Shown here: piece after piece, positions 37,401-49,794 of the stretch
How the letters are laid out: every line of letters begins with the position of its first letter
Position numbering within the stretch: the first letter of the stretch is position 1
Assembly (NCBI GenBank): GCA_905178155.1
Contig: CAJINV010000006.1
Coordinates: 1,889,526-1,953,525, forward strand
DNA length: 64,000 bases
Direction: 5' to 3'
Source of the DNA: Amoebophrya sp. A120
Lineage: Eukaryota; Protista; Dinoflagellata
Translations under genes and position numbers: made by a program
The notes under the pieces: generated by a model
Told to the model about the DNA's origin: nothing
Seen by the model: only the letters and a program-made list of their open reading frames with translations
Databases searched by the model: none

Positions 37401-40400
37401 GAGGGAAGCTCTTCTGACCACGGATGGACGTCCTCACGCGACCGGCAAACACAGTGACAAGACCAATCGCGGTAAAGAAGACAGTTCTGATGTAGGCGAA
37501 CAAGTGACAACTCTCGGGGTTGCAACGAGGATGAATAGTGTTGATCTCCATCAGAAAATATCAACTCAGCACCAGATTCTCGAAAAATTCCGAGGAAATG
37601 TTAAACACATATGAATTGCAAAAGTATCGTACTCGTATTGCAATCATGCAATACAAATCTTTTTCTTAAAGGTAAATCCGCATCACAAATTTCATTTCTG
37701 ATGCTGAGAAAATAATTTGTAATGCATTTATACGAGTACGGTACTTTTGCACGGCATAACACAGTCCAAACAGCCACGAGGACCTCGACCAGCAAATCTT
37801 AGTCACGATTTTGGAAAACTTTTGCACGACACCAAGACGCGCAGGCTCTCCAGCCGTGAAGAGCGGACGATCGGCGGGCGCTGCAGCTGCTGGGCCGGTA
37901 GTGCTGGGAGCAGGGGGTCGCAACGGTGTGAAAGATTCGATTCCCGGCGAGGAGGTCCTTCCGCGTGCTTCCAACCAGTCCAGTAGCAGCGCTTGCAGCT
38001 CGGCGTCGTCAACTTCTTCCACTCCTGCACAGACCTCCGCCAGCCGGAAGATTACTTTGAAGAAGGAACAAGCCTCCTCTTGTTCCTCTAAAGCGTCTTA
38101 TTGCCAGGACCATGATCCTGATTTTCTCACTGCGGGGGCAGATCGAGCTCCTTCCCAAGCGAGGCAGGCCTTTTACAGCGATTTGCGAGCGGCCAACGAA
38201 ATCCACTGGTTTCAGCAGCAGGAGGCGCTGAATGCCGGAGCTGGAGCGGGAAAAAATCAGGAATGCGAAAGACAACATCATCCGAGTTCTTGTGCGAGCA
38301 GACAGTTGATTATGGATCAAAACGAAAACACGAATAAAAGCATCGACGTCCTGATCACCCGGTCGACCTTGTTGAAGACGCACATTTTCTACGGCGCGAA
38401 CAAAGTGCGGGAGTTTATTGAGGGCCTGTCGAAGCGACTGACCGTGAAGATCGGGTCGGTTATCATGGACGCCGTGCAACGGAAAGACTACATCGCGCCG
38501 ATTCTTGACTTGGTGAATCAAGACCGAGTCCCCCAGTGGTTGAAGGACGAAATGAGTCACTTGTGGGACACAAAATTGGATTTGAACAACTCCGAAGTTA
38601 GCATGAACCTGTCCGCGATGGATATTTTATCCGAGAAAGTGCAGCAGTGGGCACAGTTCGCCCCCGAGACCTTCGCGACCTACTTGCAAAGGTATTGCTC
38701 CTTTATCTACCCTGGTGCGTTGACCAACGGGGCAAGACTGCAATTACTCCGGAAGGGGAGTCACTGCATGCACTGCAATGGATTTCTCATGTACTTGGAA
38801 GAGCACGAGTTGATGCTCCACCCGGCGTTAAAACCGGAGGTGTCCGATGCCGATTTTTGCGCCAAATGCGGAGTGGAGCCCTGCACGCTGCGGGCCGTGG
38901 CGGTGGTCAAGGAAAGGCTAAAATTGGCGGAGCAAGAGCGGGTGGAGAAGGAGGAGCGAATTCGGAAAATTGAACAGGAGAAGAGGAAGGAGGCGGCTCT
39001 GTACAGAACTACGATGGAGGTGGACAAGAGTGCAGCACTTCTTGCAGGTGGAGGTGGAGAAGGAGCTACAGCTACTACTGGTCCAGGAGAACAACAAAGC
39101 GCAAGTAGACATGATGATGACCAGGGCGGGAGGACGAGCAGAGAAGGAGAACATTGTACAGACGAAGTTCTACTGCAAAATGAACAGCAGGTGGATAGTA
39201 CCAAAAATGCAAAAGCGGCGGACGAAGACCAAGACCGCCCTCGAGTAGAGAACTTGCCAACGGCTCCCGCTCCCGCGGCAAGAGAACAGGAAAACTGCGA
39301 GGAGAAGAAATCCTCCACAACATCAGCCGTAGTAGCAGGAGAACTACAGCAGGATGTTGACCAGGATCGGGACCAGCACGGTGGCAAAACCGAAAGTGTC
39401 CAAGCGGAGGACAACTCTAATGAAACAACCACCGGCCGCCCCCGCGCGGATGGTGCGCAAGGAGAAGAAAACAAGCAGGCAGGAGATAGAGATGAAATTC
39501 AACTGCCCTCATCCTGCAAGGGCGCAGTTGAAGTTGAAGAAGAACCGCCACAGACCCTGCCTCTCAATCTACTTGACCGCGCGGTGGAAACGCCTTTGGA
39601 AAGCGAGTTACAGACAAACTGCAACTCTTTGGCAACCACCCCTTGTTCTACCAATTTTTGCTACGATGCTAGTACAAGAACTTCAGTGGAAAACTATCCG
39701 ACGGCATTTGACGTCCCGGTACCAACGGGTTGCTACGTGTGTCGTGCGGGCTGCGATGTAGCGGGCTTGAGTGAGGAATTTGCAAGGGATTTTGGTGATT
39801 CCGTCGACCGGTGTGAGGAAGTGGAAAACGATATCATATGTAAAAGCGTCCCCACGACCCCAGAGTTGTCATGCAAATGCGCAATGACAGGAACATTTGT
39901 ATATGCGCATCTCTATGAGATGCGTTTCCAGGCTTGTTTTGGAATTTTGGAATTTGTAATGCTGTAACCAGGATAAGAAAGTGGATTTCTCATGCGGCCG
40001 CCCTGGCTAACCAGAACTACACTGCAAATGGAAACCTGTCATGGACAACTCCCAAAGCTTGGAGATTTGTGTTGCAGACTTACCATTCTGACTATGGGGT
40101 GGGAACGTTTTTCCAGAGGATAAACGAGTTTTGCGTGTTGTCGCTCTATTGCCAGAAATGCGCGGACGGGGAGTTTGCGAAGCAGCTGGACGTGTGTCAT
40201 AATGTCGTGTCGGACCAGATTGAAAAGGAGAAAGCGCGAAAGAGGCTCTTGCGAGAGGAGAAACGCGAAAAAAGGGCGCGGAAAGAGGAGGCGAAAAAAC
40301 AGAAGGAATTGTTGCTGGCTAGTACCTATGCATTGCAAAAGTATCGTCCTAGTAGTAATCGCATCACAAATTCGTTCAGCATGACAAATGGAATTTTTCA

Positions 40401-43400
40401 TGCTGTTTTCCCTTCTTGGGATGGAAGTTTGTAATGCATGATTGCGATTACTATGAGTGCGATGCTTTTGCACAGGATAGTACCAGTGCTGAGGACGGGA
40501 CTGCAGCTGTTGGCGGCAGCTTGGCCGCAGGCAGCGGCGGTGCGGGACAAGACACTGAAAAGGATTTGGAGTTTATTTCGGAATATCACGACAGCGGAGG
40601 CAGGATTCGACGAGACCAGTTTCATCATCATCGAGCGGAGCAAGCCACTACTTCTTCGGCTGATAGAATGAAGTGCGAAAACGATAGCTCTTTCGGGTAC
40701 TATCATGATCGCAACCAAGAACAGCAAGGAGAACGTGGCAGCTCCAGTTCATCCACCGGGCCGTTGATGCGAAGCTCGAGCTCCGAAGAAGGGAAAGCGA
40801 AAACATCGAAAAAATCCTCCTTCAGCCGTACCCACTCAAGACGGGAGGATTCTTGTGTCAAGGAAAATTTGCACACCATTTTGGAAGAAACAGAAACTGA
40901 TGTAGAGTCGCAACGGACGAGACGGAATTGTCTGCAACGGGGTACAACTAGGGGCAAGGACTGCGGAGCGGCATCTACTTCCACCTCTAGCCACAAACAC
41001 AACGCCAGGGCTCTAATACTGCAGCAGTATCCTCAAGCTGCAGGAGGACCTCCTGATGTCAGAAGCGACCCCGACAATTTTCTCTACAGCAAGCACCTGC
41101 TCCTGGCCTACCGGGCGGAGATGTTATTGGGTAGGCGCTTCACCCCGCGAGGAATCACGCAGAGGATGCGACTGAAAGGACCACATGGTGGTAGTGGTAG
41201 TCCTACAACTTCTGGTACATCAAATGATTATCCTGGCCAGACAAGTAGGTGCGTAAGAGCTAGGGGAGAGGGCATTTATTTCAACCCGGATGCAGCGGCG
41301 CAAAATGTAAAAACGAGCTTCCATGATTCCAGAAAGGGCGGCGAAAAGAGATCTGAGGGTTACATTACCAACGACGATCTGCTTTCTTCCGATGGAGACG
41401 GAGGTTACAGCCCTGGTAGTTGGGGGGACGGTCGTCGTCCTGGGACCCCAGCTTCGTTCGAAAAAAAGATCCGTCCGACTTTCCGCACGAAGAACGCGCC
41501 TCACCTGGAGGAAACCACGATTTCCCCACGGGTGATGGATAAAGACGCCGTCGACGAGATGCTTTTGAAAAACATGGGCTGGGGAACGCTGCACGAGTCC
41601 GAGATCATGCAGAAAATAACTGATCGAGGGACCAGCATCAACTACACGGAAAGATTAACTCGCGCCGGCGCATCTTCATCCTCCAACCTGCGGCGGAGGA
41701 GAAGACGGGAGGAGAAGAAATCATGCCGTCCTCAAGAAGCTGTATCTGTATCTCGCACTTCCTGGAGTTCGTCTGTGGATGACCAGACGGGATCAGACCA
41801 ATTTTATGAGGACACGGAGGTCTCGCCGTCGTTTTCTACTTCTCGGCAGCAGCAGCAGCAAGATGAGCACCTGGGGACTGGCGCCCGTGGTTTCCCACGA
41901 CCTGGGGACTCGAGCAGCAGCCGGGGAGATCGCAGCGGGGGTGTGTTTTGTTACCCCGAGGACAACAACCGTGACGAGGACTTGCACCAAACAATTTGGA
42001 CACAGGATCAACATCTCCCCCGGAGTAGAACTAGGCACACATCAAATTCATTGTCCGACGACGATCTTCCCGGATCGGCGCACCAGCAGGACCTTTTCTC
42101 TCCGAAACAAGAAGCAAATAAAACTACACCGAAAGTAGAAGTGGAGCATGGATCTACGTCGATGATCTCTGGTCGTCGTGATCACAACGACGACGACCAC
42201 CAGGACGGGGTGAATTTTAATGCAGAAAAGCACTTCACTGACCCTGCTTCAAATGCAAAGACTCCACAACGTTCCTCCTCCGACAGAAACACTTCGCAAG
42301 AGAATTCTTCATCTTACATGCGAGAGTGTTACGATCCGAAGTTCATCGGATCTCCGGCATATGAAGATACTGCGCTTCCGCGGCGCTCGCGCCCGGATGC
42401 TGAGCCGGGAAGTAATAGGTGTGCCTCCTCATCTACTTCGTCTTCAGCTTCGTCCCAGTCACCGTCTGGCGGGCAGGTCCAGCAGTCTGGGCAGGTATAC
42501 TATCCGGCCACAGGTGGAGCAGCTTCGACCGATCATGATGATCGCGGGCTGCGAGATAATCCTGATTTTTTTCCCCAGGAGCAGGCCCAGCCGAATTCTA
42601 CTTCGGGAGGTGAACCAGTAGCAGCACCTGCTCCCGAGGAACCCGGCAGCGCCGAGAGTGGTGTAACATGCGGGCAAGAGCCTGGCCCACACCGGCGAAG
42701 GAACAGAACTCATTACCGAATGCCCGGTACAACTCTTGGTCAGCAACAACATCCGCAAACCCCTAGTACCCCTCCCTATGACGACAGGACCCCGGCCTCG
42801 AGTGCGGCCCGCGAGCCGCCGCTGGACTTCGGAAGTGAGGAAGTGGTGTCTCCTATCATATGTAAAAACATCCCCACACCATAGTCAAGATGAGAAGTCT
42901 GCAACACAAATCCCAAAGTTTTGGGAGTTCTGCATGACAAATCTGGCCCCATAGTGTAATCCTGTTTAGCTAGTTAAGCAGCATCACAGATGTAGCACAT
43001 CATGCCGATTGGAGCATGACAAATCGCGAAACACGACTAAAAAACGCCTTTCATGGGTCTCCGCATGGGCAGCATTTTTACCGTGCAGATTTGCATGACA
43101 ACCCTGGGGTGGGGACGCTTTTACATAGGATATCTCCCGCTGGGGCGGACACGAGCCTGTTTGGTCGTACCGCGGCGGTGGCCGCAGAGCGAAGATTTTC
43201 ATCTTCCGGTGACCTGCACTTGAAAATCGACTGTGTAGCTACTGCGGAGAGCAGTTCTTGCTCTTGCAACAAGGAAACAAACCAGTCGCGACTGGCGCCG
43301 GAGTCGGTGCGGTCGGAACAACTGGAAGCGCGCAAAACAAGTCCGTGTCGTGCTACACCATCAACTGTGGATGTTAAAGACAATAGTGCAGCCTGTGAGA

Positions 43401-46400
43401 TCACTCTTGGTCATGATCTTCAAGAAGAAGAAGAAGATCATGATCATAAAGGCGTCAGCAAGATGTTGAACTCCGGAGGTGCATCAGCGGCTTTATCGTC
43501 CTCTGCAAGTTTGACGTTAACTCCATCCCCGGGTTTGCTTTTCCCCTCACCGGATTGTAGCTCATTCCCGACTAATAGTACGGAAGTGGAAGTGCAAAAC
43601 GCACACGATGCAGCTAGCGCAGCACTTCAAGAGTCTGCGAGACCTTTTACCGGTGAACATCAAGGTGGCGCGGCGCATCATATCAAATGTAAAAATGTCT
43701 GGGTCTGGAAGAATGCATGTTTGTCATGCTTGCCTGGCATGACTATTAAATCTGTCATGCACGTTGCCCAAGAGCCGCATTTTTCTGTCATGCGGAGACG
43801 CAATTTGTCATGCAGAATAGGCAACACCTACAAGCTCAGAAATTTGTCATGCTGAGCCAGCACTTCTGGCCTCTTCATGAGACGCCACCCAGCATCACAA
43901 GTTTCCAGACCCAGACACTTTTACATTTGACACATCATGAAGTAGAACAACCGCACGACCTGGGCAGTTCCTCGTCGTCAGACGATCGGCTGTATCAAAA
44001 GGAAAAATCCCCCCTCCCCATACTGAAAAGGTATGTTGCCGAAAATTTGTGTTGCTGATTTGAGGTCACAAATCGTCTCTGTGTTGCATGAACGCAACTC
44101 CCCAAGCTCCGCCGCATTCTACAGGCGGTTTGTCATGCTGTTTTGGCTACAACGCCGACGTCTGTCATGCTAAGCGCCTAGGCCAAAACCTGTAGACTCA
44201 GGCTTAGTATGGACCTGCAGTCCTCGCCAGCAAGACAAATCAGATTTGTGTACGCAAATCCAGCATCAGAAACTTCGCTTTGATATGGGGAGGGGGGATT
44301 TTTCATTCTGATAGGCTGCGTTTACCCTCACCCATGGGCAAGCCCCAGACTTGTGAGGTTGCGGACGAACAACGGCCTGTAAGAGGCGTCTATGAAAGCC
44401 TCAGAATGGAAATCCTCAAAGTGAAAATGATTTGTGATGCATGAAATGCGACGCAGAAAAGACTGTATTGCAGAGGACGCAACGCAGGCCGACTATTGTC
44501 CTGCTAGGGGTGAAGAATTGGAGTGCTGCTTAGCACGACAGAAGGGCACCCCCTTGCCTTAACCTGCATGACAGACATGCTTTAAGTGCCCAGTAAATTT
44601 GTCATGCGCCGACTACAAATGCCGCTTCAACTGGAGTCGTTTTTTTGCATTACAAATTATTTCCACGTTGAGGATTTCCAACCTGAGGCTTTCATAGCGT
44701 CTCGACAACTACGGGTGCTGGTGCTCACAAGGACCACGAGCATCTTCAAAGAGCCGAGTTCTGCACCAAGCGAGATAGAAATCCGCCGGAGATGTTGAAG
44801 AAAAACGGTGAAAGTATTACGCAACTGATTCTGGGCCACTACACCGAGGGTAGCTCTCGTCGTCCACAGGAAAATAAAGCGGGTCGTGGCGACCACTTCT
44901 TGCAGCAGAAAGAAAATGAAAATGATGGAAAGGAGCAGGTGCATGACCGTGCATTACTGGATGAAAACCATGGCAGTACCAGCACTTCTAAGTGTGGCGA
45001 TGAGCAAGAACCCGTTATGGCGCACACGGCTGTGACTTCTTTTCTGCCAGCGCCCGGGGCGGAAGCGTCTTCGTGGTTATGTGCCGCCACAGAAGATGAA
45101 AATGCAAAACGCGGCTGGATGAACAGCATACCAGATGCAAAAAATGCATCATGGATCACTTACAAGGGGATGAAACGGGTGCAAGGGCTAGCATTTGGGA
45201 AAGGGAACCACAAAGGGAGCAAGCACAACTACTCGTGGCAGCAGCATTATCAGCAGCCACATGTTCTTGACCAACAAACGACCGCCCTGTGGAAGGGGAA
45301 CCAGACGCCGATGGTCGTGCATATCCTGAGTAAAAACGTACCCACACCAGAGTCAGGATGGGGATTTTGCAACACAAACCTAGGAGTTTTGTGAGTCACG
45401 CATGACAAGTTGCAGTCCGTAGTGTAGTGCAGGTTCGCAAGGCCAGCTGCGTCATAAATCCATCTACTCATCCTGTTTACAGCATTACAAATTCCAAAAC
45501 ACGACTAAAAATTCTCTCCTGGCGATGCGCATTACAAATGTTCCTGTCATTGCAAATCTGCATGACAACTCTGGTGTGGGGACGTTTTTACTCAGGATAG
45601 TGCAGAAAGGTAGTTCTTACACGACGAGCCCAAAGAACTACAACTTCTATGAAAATGCACAACTCCCGCTCCCCCTCATTTGTATTGCATGAACAGCAAT
45701 ACAAGCGTCGGCAAGAGTACAGGTTTTGCATGACAAAGTTGGATAGGAGTGTAGTGCCATTTGCATGACAAAGTTAGATCTCCTGCGCCCGTAGCTGCTT
45801 GCGGCGACGGTGCAAAGGTTTTTGATATGGTGCAGTCGGGTATGCATGACAAATGAGGGAAGGGGGAGTGGTGCACTCTCATAACTTCTTTTCCGGGCAC
45901 AATTATCCGCTCCAGCAGGGTAAGAAAGGAGCGGGAAAGCACTTCTACAAAGGACCACCAGGGGGTGGCTCTGCTTTCGCTGGTACATCGACTATCGGGA
46001 ACAAAAATGGTGCGCAATACAACGTGGTTGATCAGGAGTTGTACCACGATCTCCAGTATGCCTACAACTCCATGTCGGTGTGGGAAGATCATTCTATCAC
46101 TATCAAATGCAAAAATGTCTGGAAGGTTGGAACTTGTGATGCTAACTTTGGATGCTAAAAAGATCTGTATTGCATGACCACCAAGATGAGGAGCCCAGTT
46201 TGTGCTACGCGGGGAGGGCATTTGTCATGCGGGATAGGCATCAGGAAGGCTTCTAAAAATGTGTGATGCTAGATCACGCATTACAGACATCCTGAGTCAT
46301 GCAAAATATGCATGACAAACCCGGCAACCTTCCAGACCCAGACTTTTTTGCATTTGATAATCTCTATCAGCACACCATTCGCTGGTGCTACTGACCCGGC

Positions 46401-49400
46401 AGCCTTTTACGCCCAGCACCATCTTCAGGGAGGTGACTCGTCGACATCGCAGCAACTTCAAATGTTCTCCACGACTCCGGGCGGCGGGCATGAAGACTGG
46501 AATTCTTCCTCCTCCACAACAGCGCAAATCCAAACGGCTAACAACTTTGGCGGAATAGTACACGATCCTGCTCATGACAACAGTTATGCGCTTTCTAGTA
46601 GTTCTTTCCCTACTAGTCATGAAGGATCATACGACATCACCAGCCGCGGGAACTACAAAGGGGATCCACCTGGAGGCTTCACCGCCTCCGGGAAGAAAGG
46701 TGGAGGTAAGTACGCCCACGCGATGGACGGCGCTAGTACGATGACGCAGACGGCAGCTTTTATGGGTAAAAACCCCTCCGCGACCGGCAAGATGCAACAA
46801 ATGTATCAACCGCTTCCAAAGGATGAGAACTTCGTTTTGGCGGAGGGGCAGCAGTATGATTTTTTATCTGCAGATCGGAGCAGTAGTTCTTGTGGCGCAG
46901 AACGAACAGCCATGCAGAACAAGCCCGCTACTGGTTCTGCTTCCGTTGAAGCTGCAGATGATAAAACGGGCAGGTCGTCTGCAGCAGGAGCTAGTAGACC
47001 AGAAGCTGCACAACTTTCGGGCGCAGAAGTAGGTGCAACTGGTGGCCTCGCGGCTGCATGTGGAACTACATCCGATGATGAAAAGGATCATGCTAAAAAA
47101 ACGTCGGCTTCTTGCCACCTGTATGAACTGCAAAAGTATCGTACTTCTACTCGTATAAATGCATTACAAATTTTCTCAGCATGAAAAATGAAATTTGTCA
47201 TGCTGATTTACCTTAAGCAAAGTATTTGTAATGCAAGACATGCATTTATACGAGTACGATACTTTTGCACTGCATAACCTGCAACAGGAAGTCGATCTGC
47301 AGAAAACCAAATCTGAGAAGGAACGAGACGACTGGCGAGAGGCTATTGAGAAATGGCGGAATGTTGGTAGTGCAACTACTTGCGCCGGCGAGGACGAGGA
47401 GAAGAAAAATCAAAACCAAAAGCCTCCCACGTTACCACTCCATTTGACTGCCGTTACCGCCGGAAATAGTAGTACTGCAGCTGCGAAGATGTTGGGGACA
47501 CCAAAGCAGGGAGGTGGTCTGATGTTGCAAGAGTCGACGTACAACACGTACTGGAGCAATAATGATTTCAACCAAAATTTCTATCCTGGTAACAACTTGT
47601 CCTCAGCAACTGCAGTGAGTGTCGTCTTCCTGTGCGGACGAGGGCGATCATGACCTAGACCCAGACGAGCAATATGAGGAGGCCATGCGACTGATGGGCC
47701 ACGCACCGCTGCCGCCTGACGTTGCGCCGCATGTTCTGATCAACAACAATTCATCTTCTACTGCGATGAAGAACACTGGTGCTGTTGAAAGTAGTGTCAT
47801 CGCATTTGGAGGACCACCAGCACAGGAAGGATCACTCCCAGGAGCAGGATTCAGCACGACTTCAGCATCGACGACTAGAGTGAACGCTCTTACGAGCAGT
47901 CCGGCTGTTGGCGCGAATTTCGCACCGTCCGCGTCGGCGCAACCAGGCGTTGCCCGCTCCAACAACCAAGAATACTACCACCAGGCTGCGATTTCTGCGT
48001 TCGAAAGGGGGTATCAACAGGCAGCAGAGTATGAAATGAGAACACAGCAAATCTAGCCGCGTAATGATACTAGTACATGACCTCGGTGTATATCAATGGG
48101 ACTCTATATCAATCTACGGGGATGATCCCCTGCTTTTCAACATGCTGCATGACAACTTGCATGCTTGTTCAGTTCTGATGTGGGGAAATCGTCATTTGTT
48201 CATGCGTCGTGTTGCACAACCTGATGTACGGTGGCAGGTTTGTATTGCATACTGAGCAGGCGATGATGCTAGCGGCCGCACAGAAGCAGGACGCACAAAA
48301 TACAAACCAGCAGCAACATAATGCACCAACTTCTGTCAACACAGCATCTGCATCCTCCGGACCTTCCTCTTCTTCCCCGGGACGTCTTGCAATCATGAAT
48401 CAGCAGCAACTATATAATTGCGGCTCGAGTTCCTTGTCCTCTAGCCCCTACAGCTACAGCAATAATGCGGGAACAGAACAACCACGTCTAGGAACTACAT
48501 CGGCTGCTGATCACGACAGTAAAAACTATGGCGGAGCAGGACCAGTCCGTGAAATTCCAGGTGCGACGAGCGCAGCGGCCTCCTCGCCCAACAATAGTGA
48601 CTGGATGATGTACAGTCCAGGATTATACAGCAATGACCTCTTCAGTGCTCAGAACCGGAATGGATCAGCCTCGTCTGACGCGATCTTTACTGGCTACCAA
48701 TCCTATGCAATGCGAAAGTATCGTAGTCGTATTATTGCAATACAAATTACTTCTACTTCAGCATGACAAATGGAATGTCTCATGCTGATTTAGCTTCAAG
48801 AAAACATTTGTCTTGCATGACTGCGACTAGTACGAGTACGATACTTTTGCAAAGGATAAATCATCGCCAGGACCAACATTTTTTGCGGCAGAAGCCTTAC
48901 AGCAAGACGCAGCACAACCGGGTAGTTTTTCAGGAGCATATCAAAGCAGTGTTTGTTTTTCCCCTTTCGCGCATCCCTCTACTAGTACTTCCGCAGGTGT
49001 TCTTGGGCTTGGGCCCCAGCACAGCTCAGAGGGAGCCATGGAGGTGGGTAGTACTGTGCTTACAACTTCTTGTTCCCCCGCACAAAATGGAGATTTCGAG
49101 CGGTCTGGGTTTTACGTGCCACACCGCCAACAATTGGTGGAAGAAGACCAGGCACAGCAGCAGGTCTCGAGCCCTGCAATCTTCGCAGATGGTCCCGGCC
49201 GCGCATCATTTTCTAGCTCTACTGCGGGCACCAGTGCTTCCCTCCTGGCTGGCACGTGGAACGAACAGGGGTATGGCTTCGCGGCTTACGATATCCAACG
49301 GAAAAATCCCCCCTCCCCATATCGAAATGGAAATCTGTGATGCAGGATTTGAGGTACCAAGTCGACTTGTCATGCTAGAAGGCCAAGAGCCGCAGTCGTG

Positions 49401-49794
49401 GTCTCGTTTGCAGGCAATTTGTCACGCTGTTTCCCACTCTCAGCTGCCTCCTATCATGCTGAAGATGCAAGGCTCCCCCTCCACGCCACCCAGCACTACA
49501 GTCCGCATCTTTTCCCGTGTAGCATGACAAAGCTGATTTGTGACAACAAAGCTGCATCACAGATTTCCGTTTTGATATGGGGAGGGGGGATTTTTCCTCT
49601 CAATATATGATGGGAATCAAGGGAGCACTGTAGGACTAGGAGCCCCTGCTAGCAACATTGCGGGAGCAACGACTTACCAGGAGCAACAGGCGGCCCGGCA
49701 TGCTGCTGGCACTGGTGGATCTGTAGCTGGTCAACAGCATTCTATGAGTATTAACACTGGCACCGCGGGACTTTATTATGCCAACGCTTGGTAA
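28428..49794 (+). CDS. Giant (~5,400 aa) mostly low-complexity protein with Cys-rich patches and a coiled-coil; about 18 element-type introns
   Basis: Long ORFs 28428, 29467, 32061, 35044, 37811, 39934, 40416, 43016, 44792, 45853, 46312, 47231, 47619, 48209 and 49038 join in frame after element+TSD removal; one unexplained frame change near 47590-47620; may be more than one gene. Confidence 0.65.
29009..29314. mobile_element. Introner family G
   Basis: G-type TIR; TSD CAGGT. Confidence 0.9.
29362..29613. mobile_element. Introner family A
   Basis: A-type TIR; TSD CCTTC. Confidence 0.9.
31440..32289. mobile_element. Atypical 850-bp insertion (family J) with repeated GTACACGGT/ACCGTGTAC motifs, flanked by a 55-bp exon duplication
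   Basis: Starts TATCACAAGAAAAAG; no matching right TIR; 31385-31439 is repeated at 32290-32344. Confidence 0.7.
33423..33488 (+). repeat. In-frame 33-bp tandem duplication (DADRKQTDTTL x2)
   Basis: GATGCTGATCGTAAGCAGACTGACACAACTCTC twice. Confidence 0.9.
34921..35066. mobile_element. Introner family B
   Basis: B-type TIR; TSD TTTGA. Confidence 0.9.
37610..37758. mobile_element. Introner family B
   Basis: B-type TIR; TSD ACACA. Confidence 0.9.
39832..40122. mobile_element. Introner family D
   Basis: D-type TIR; TSD AACGA. Confidence 0.9.
40327..40479. mobile_element. Introner family B
   Basis: B-type TIR; TSD GTACC. Confidence 0.9.
42854..43132. mobile_element. Introner family D
   Basis: D-type TIR; TSD TCTCC. 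Confidence 0.9.
43681..43932. mobile_element. Introner family A, ends ACA; reverse orientation of the 8839/29362 copies
   Basis: A-type TIR; TSD CATCA. Confidence 0.9.
43993..44313. mobile_element. Introner family E
   Basis: E-type TIR; TSD GGCTG. Confidence 0.9.
44391..44696. mobile_element. Introner family H
   Basis: TATGAAAGCCTCAGAATGGAAATCCTCAA / TTGAGGATTTCCAACCTGAGGCTTTCATA; TSD GCGTC. Confidence 0.9.
45322..45599. mobile_element. Introner family D
   Basis: D-type TIR; TSD GTGCA. Confidence 0.9.
45648..45883. mobile_element. Introner family F
   Basis: F-type TIR; TSD ACTTC. Confidence 0.9.
46101..46359. mobile_element. Introner family A
   Basis: A-type TIR; TSD ATCAC/ATCTC. Confidence 0.9.
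47122..47276. mobile_element. Introner family B
   Basis: B-type TIR; TSD ACCTG. Confidence 0.9.
48030..48251. mobile_element. Strongly decayed introner
   Basis: TATGAAATGAGAAC / GTTTGTATTGCATA; TSD CAGAG/CTGAG; removal bypasses the stop at 48054-48056. Confidence 0.65.
48704..48858. mobile_element. Introner family B
   Basis: B-type TIR; TSD AATCC/AATCA. Confidence 0.9.
49292..49605. mobile_element. Introner family E
   Basis: E-type TIR; TSD TACGA/TATGA. Confidence 0.9.
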
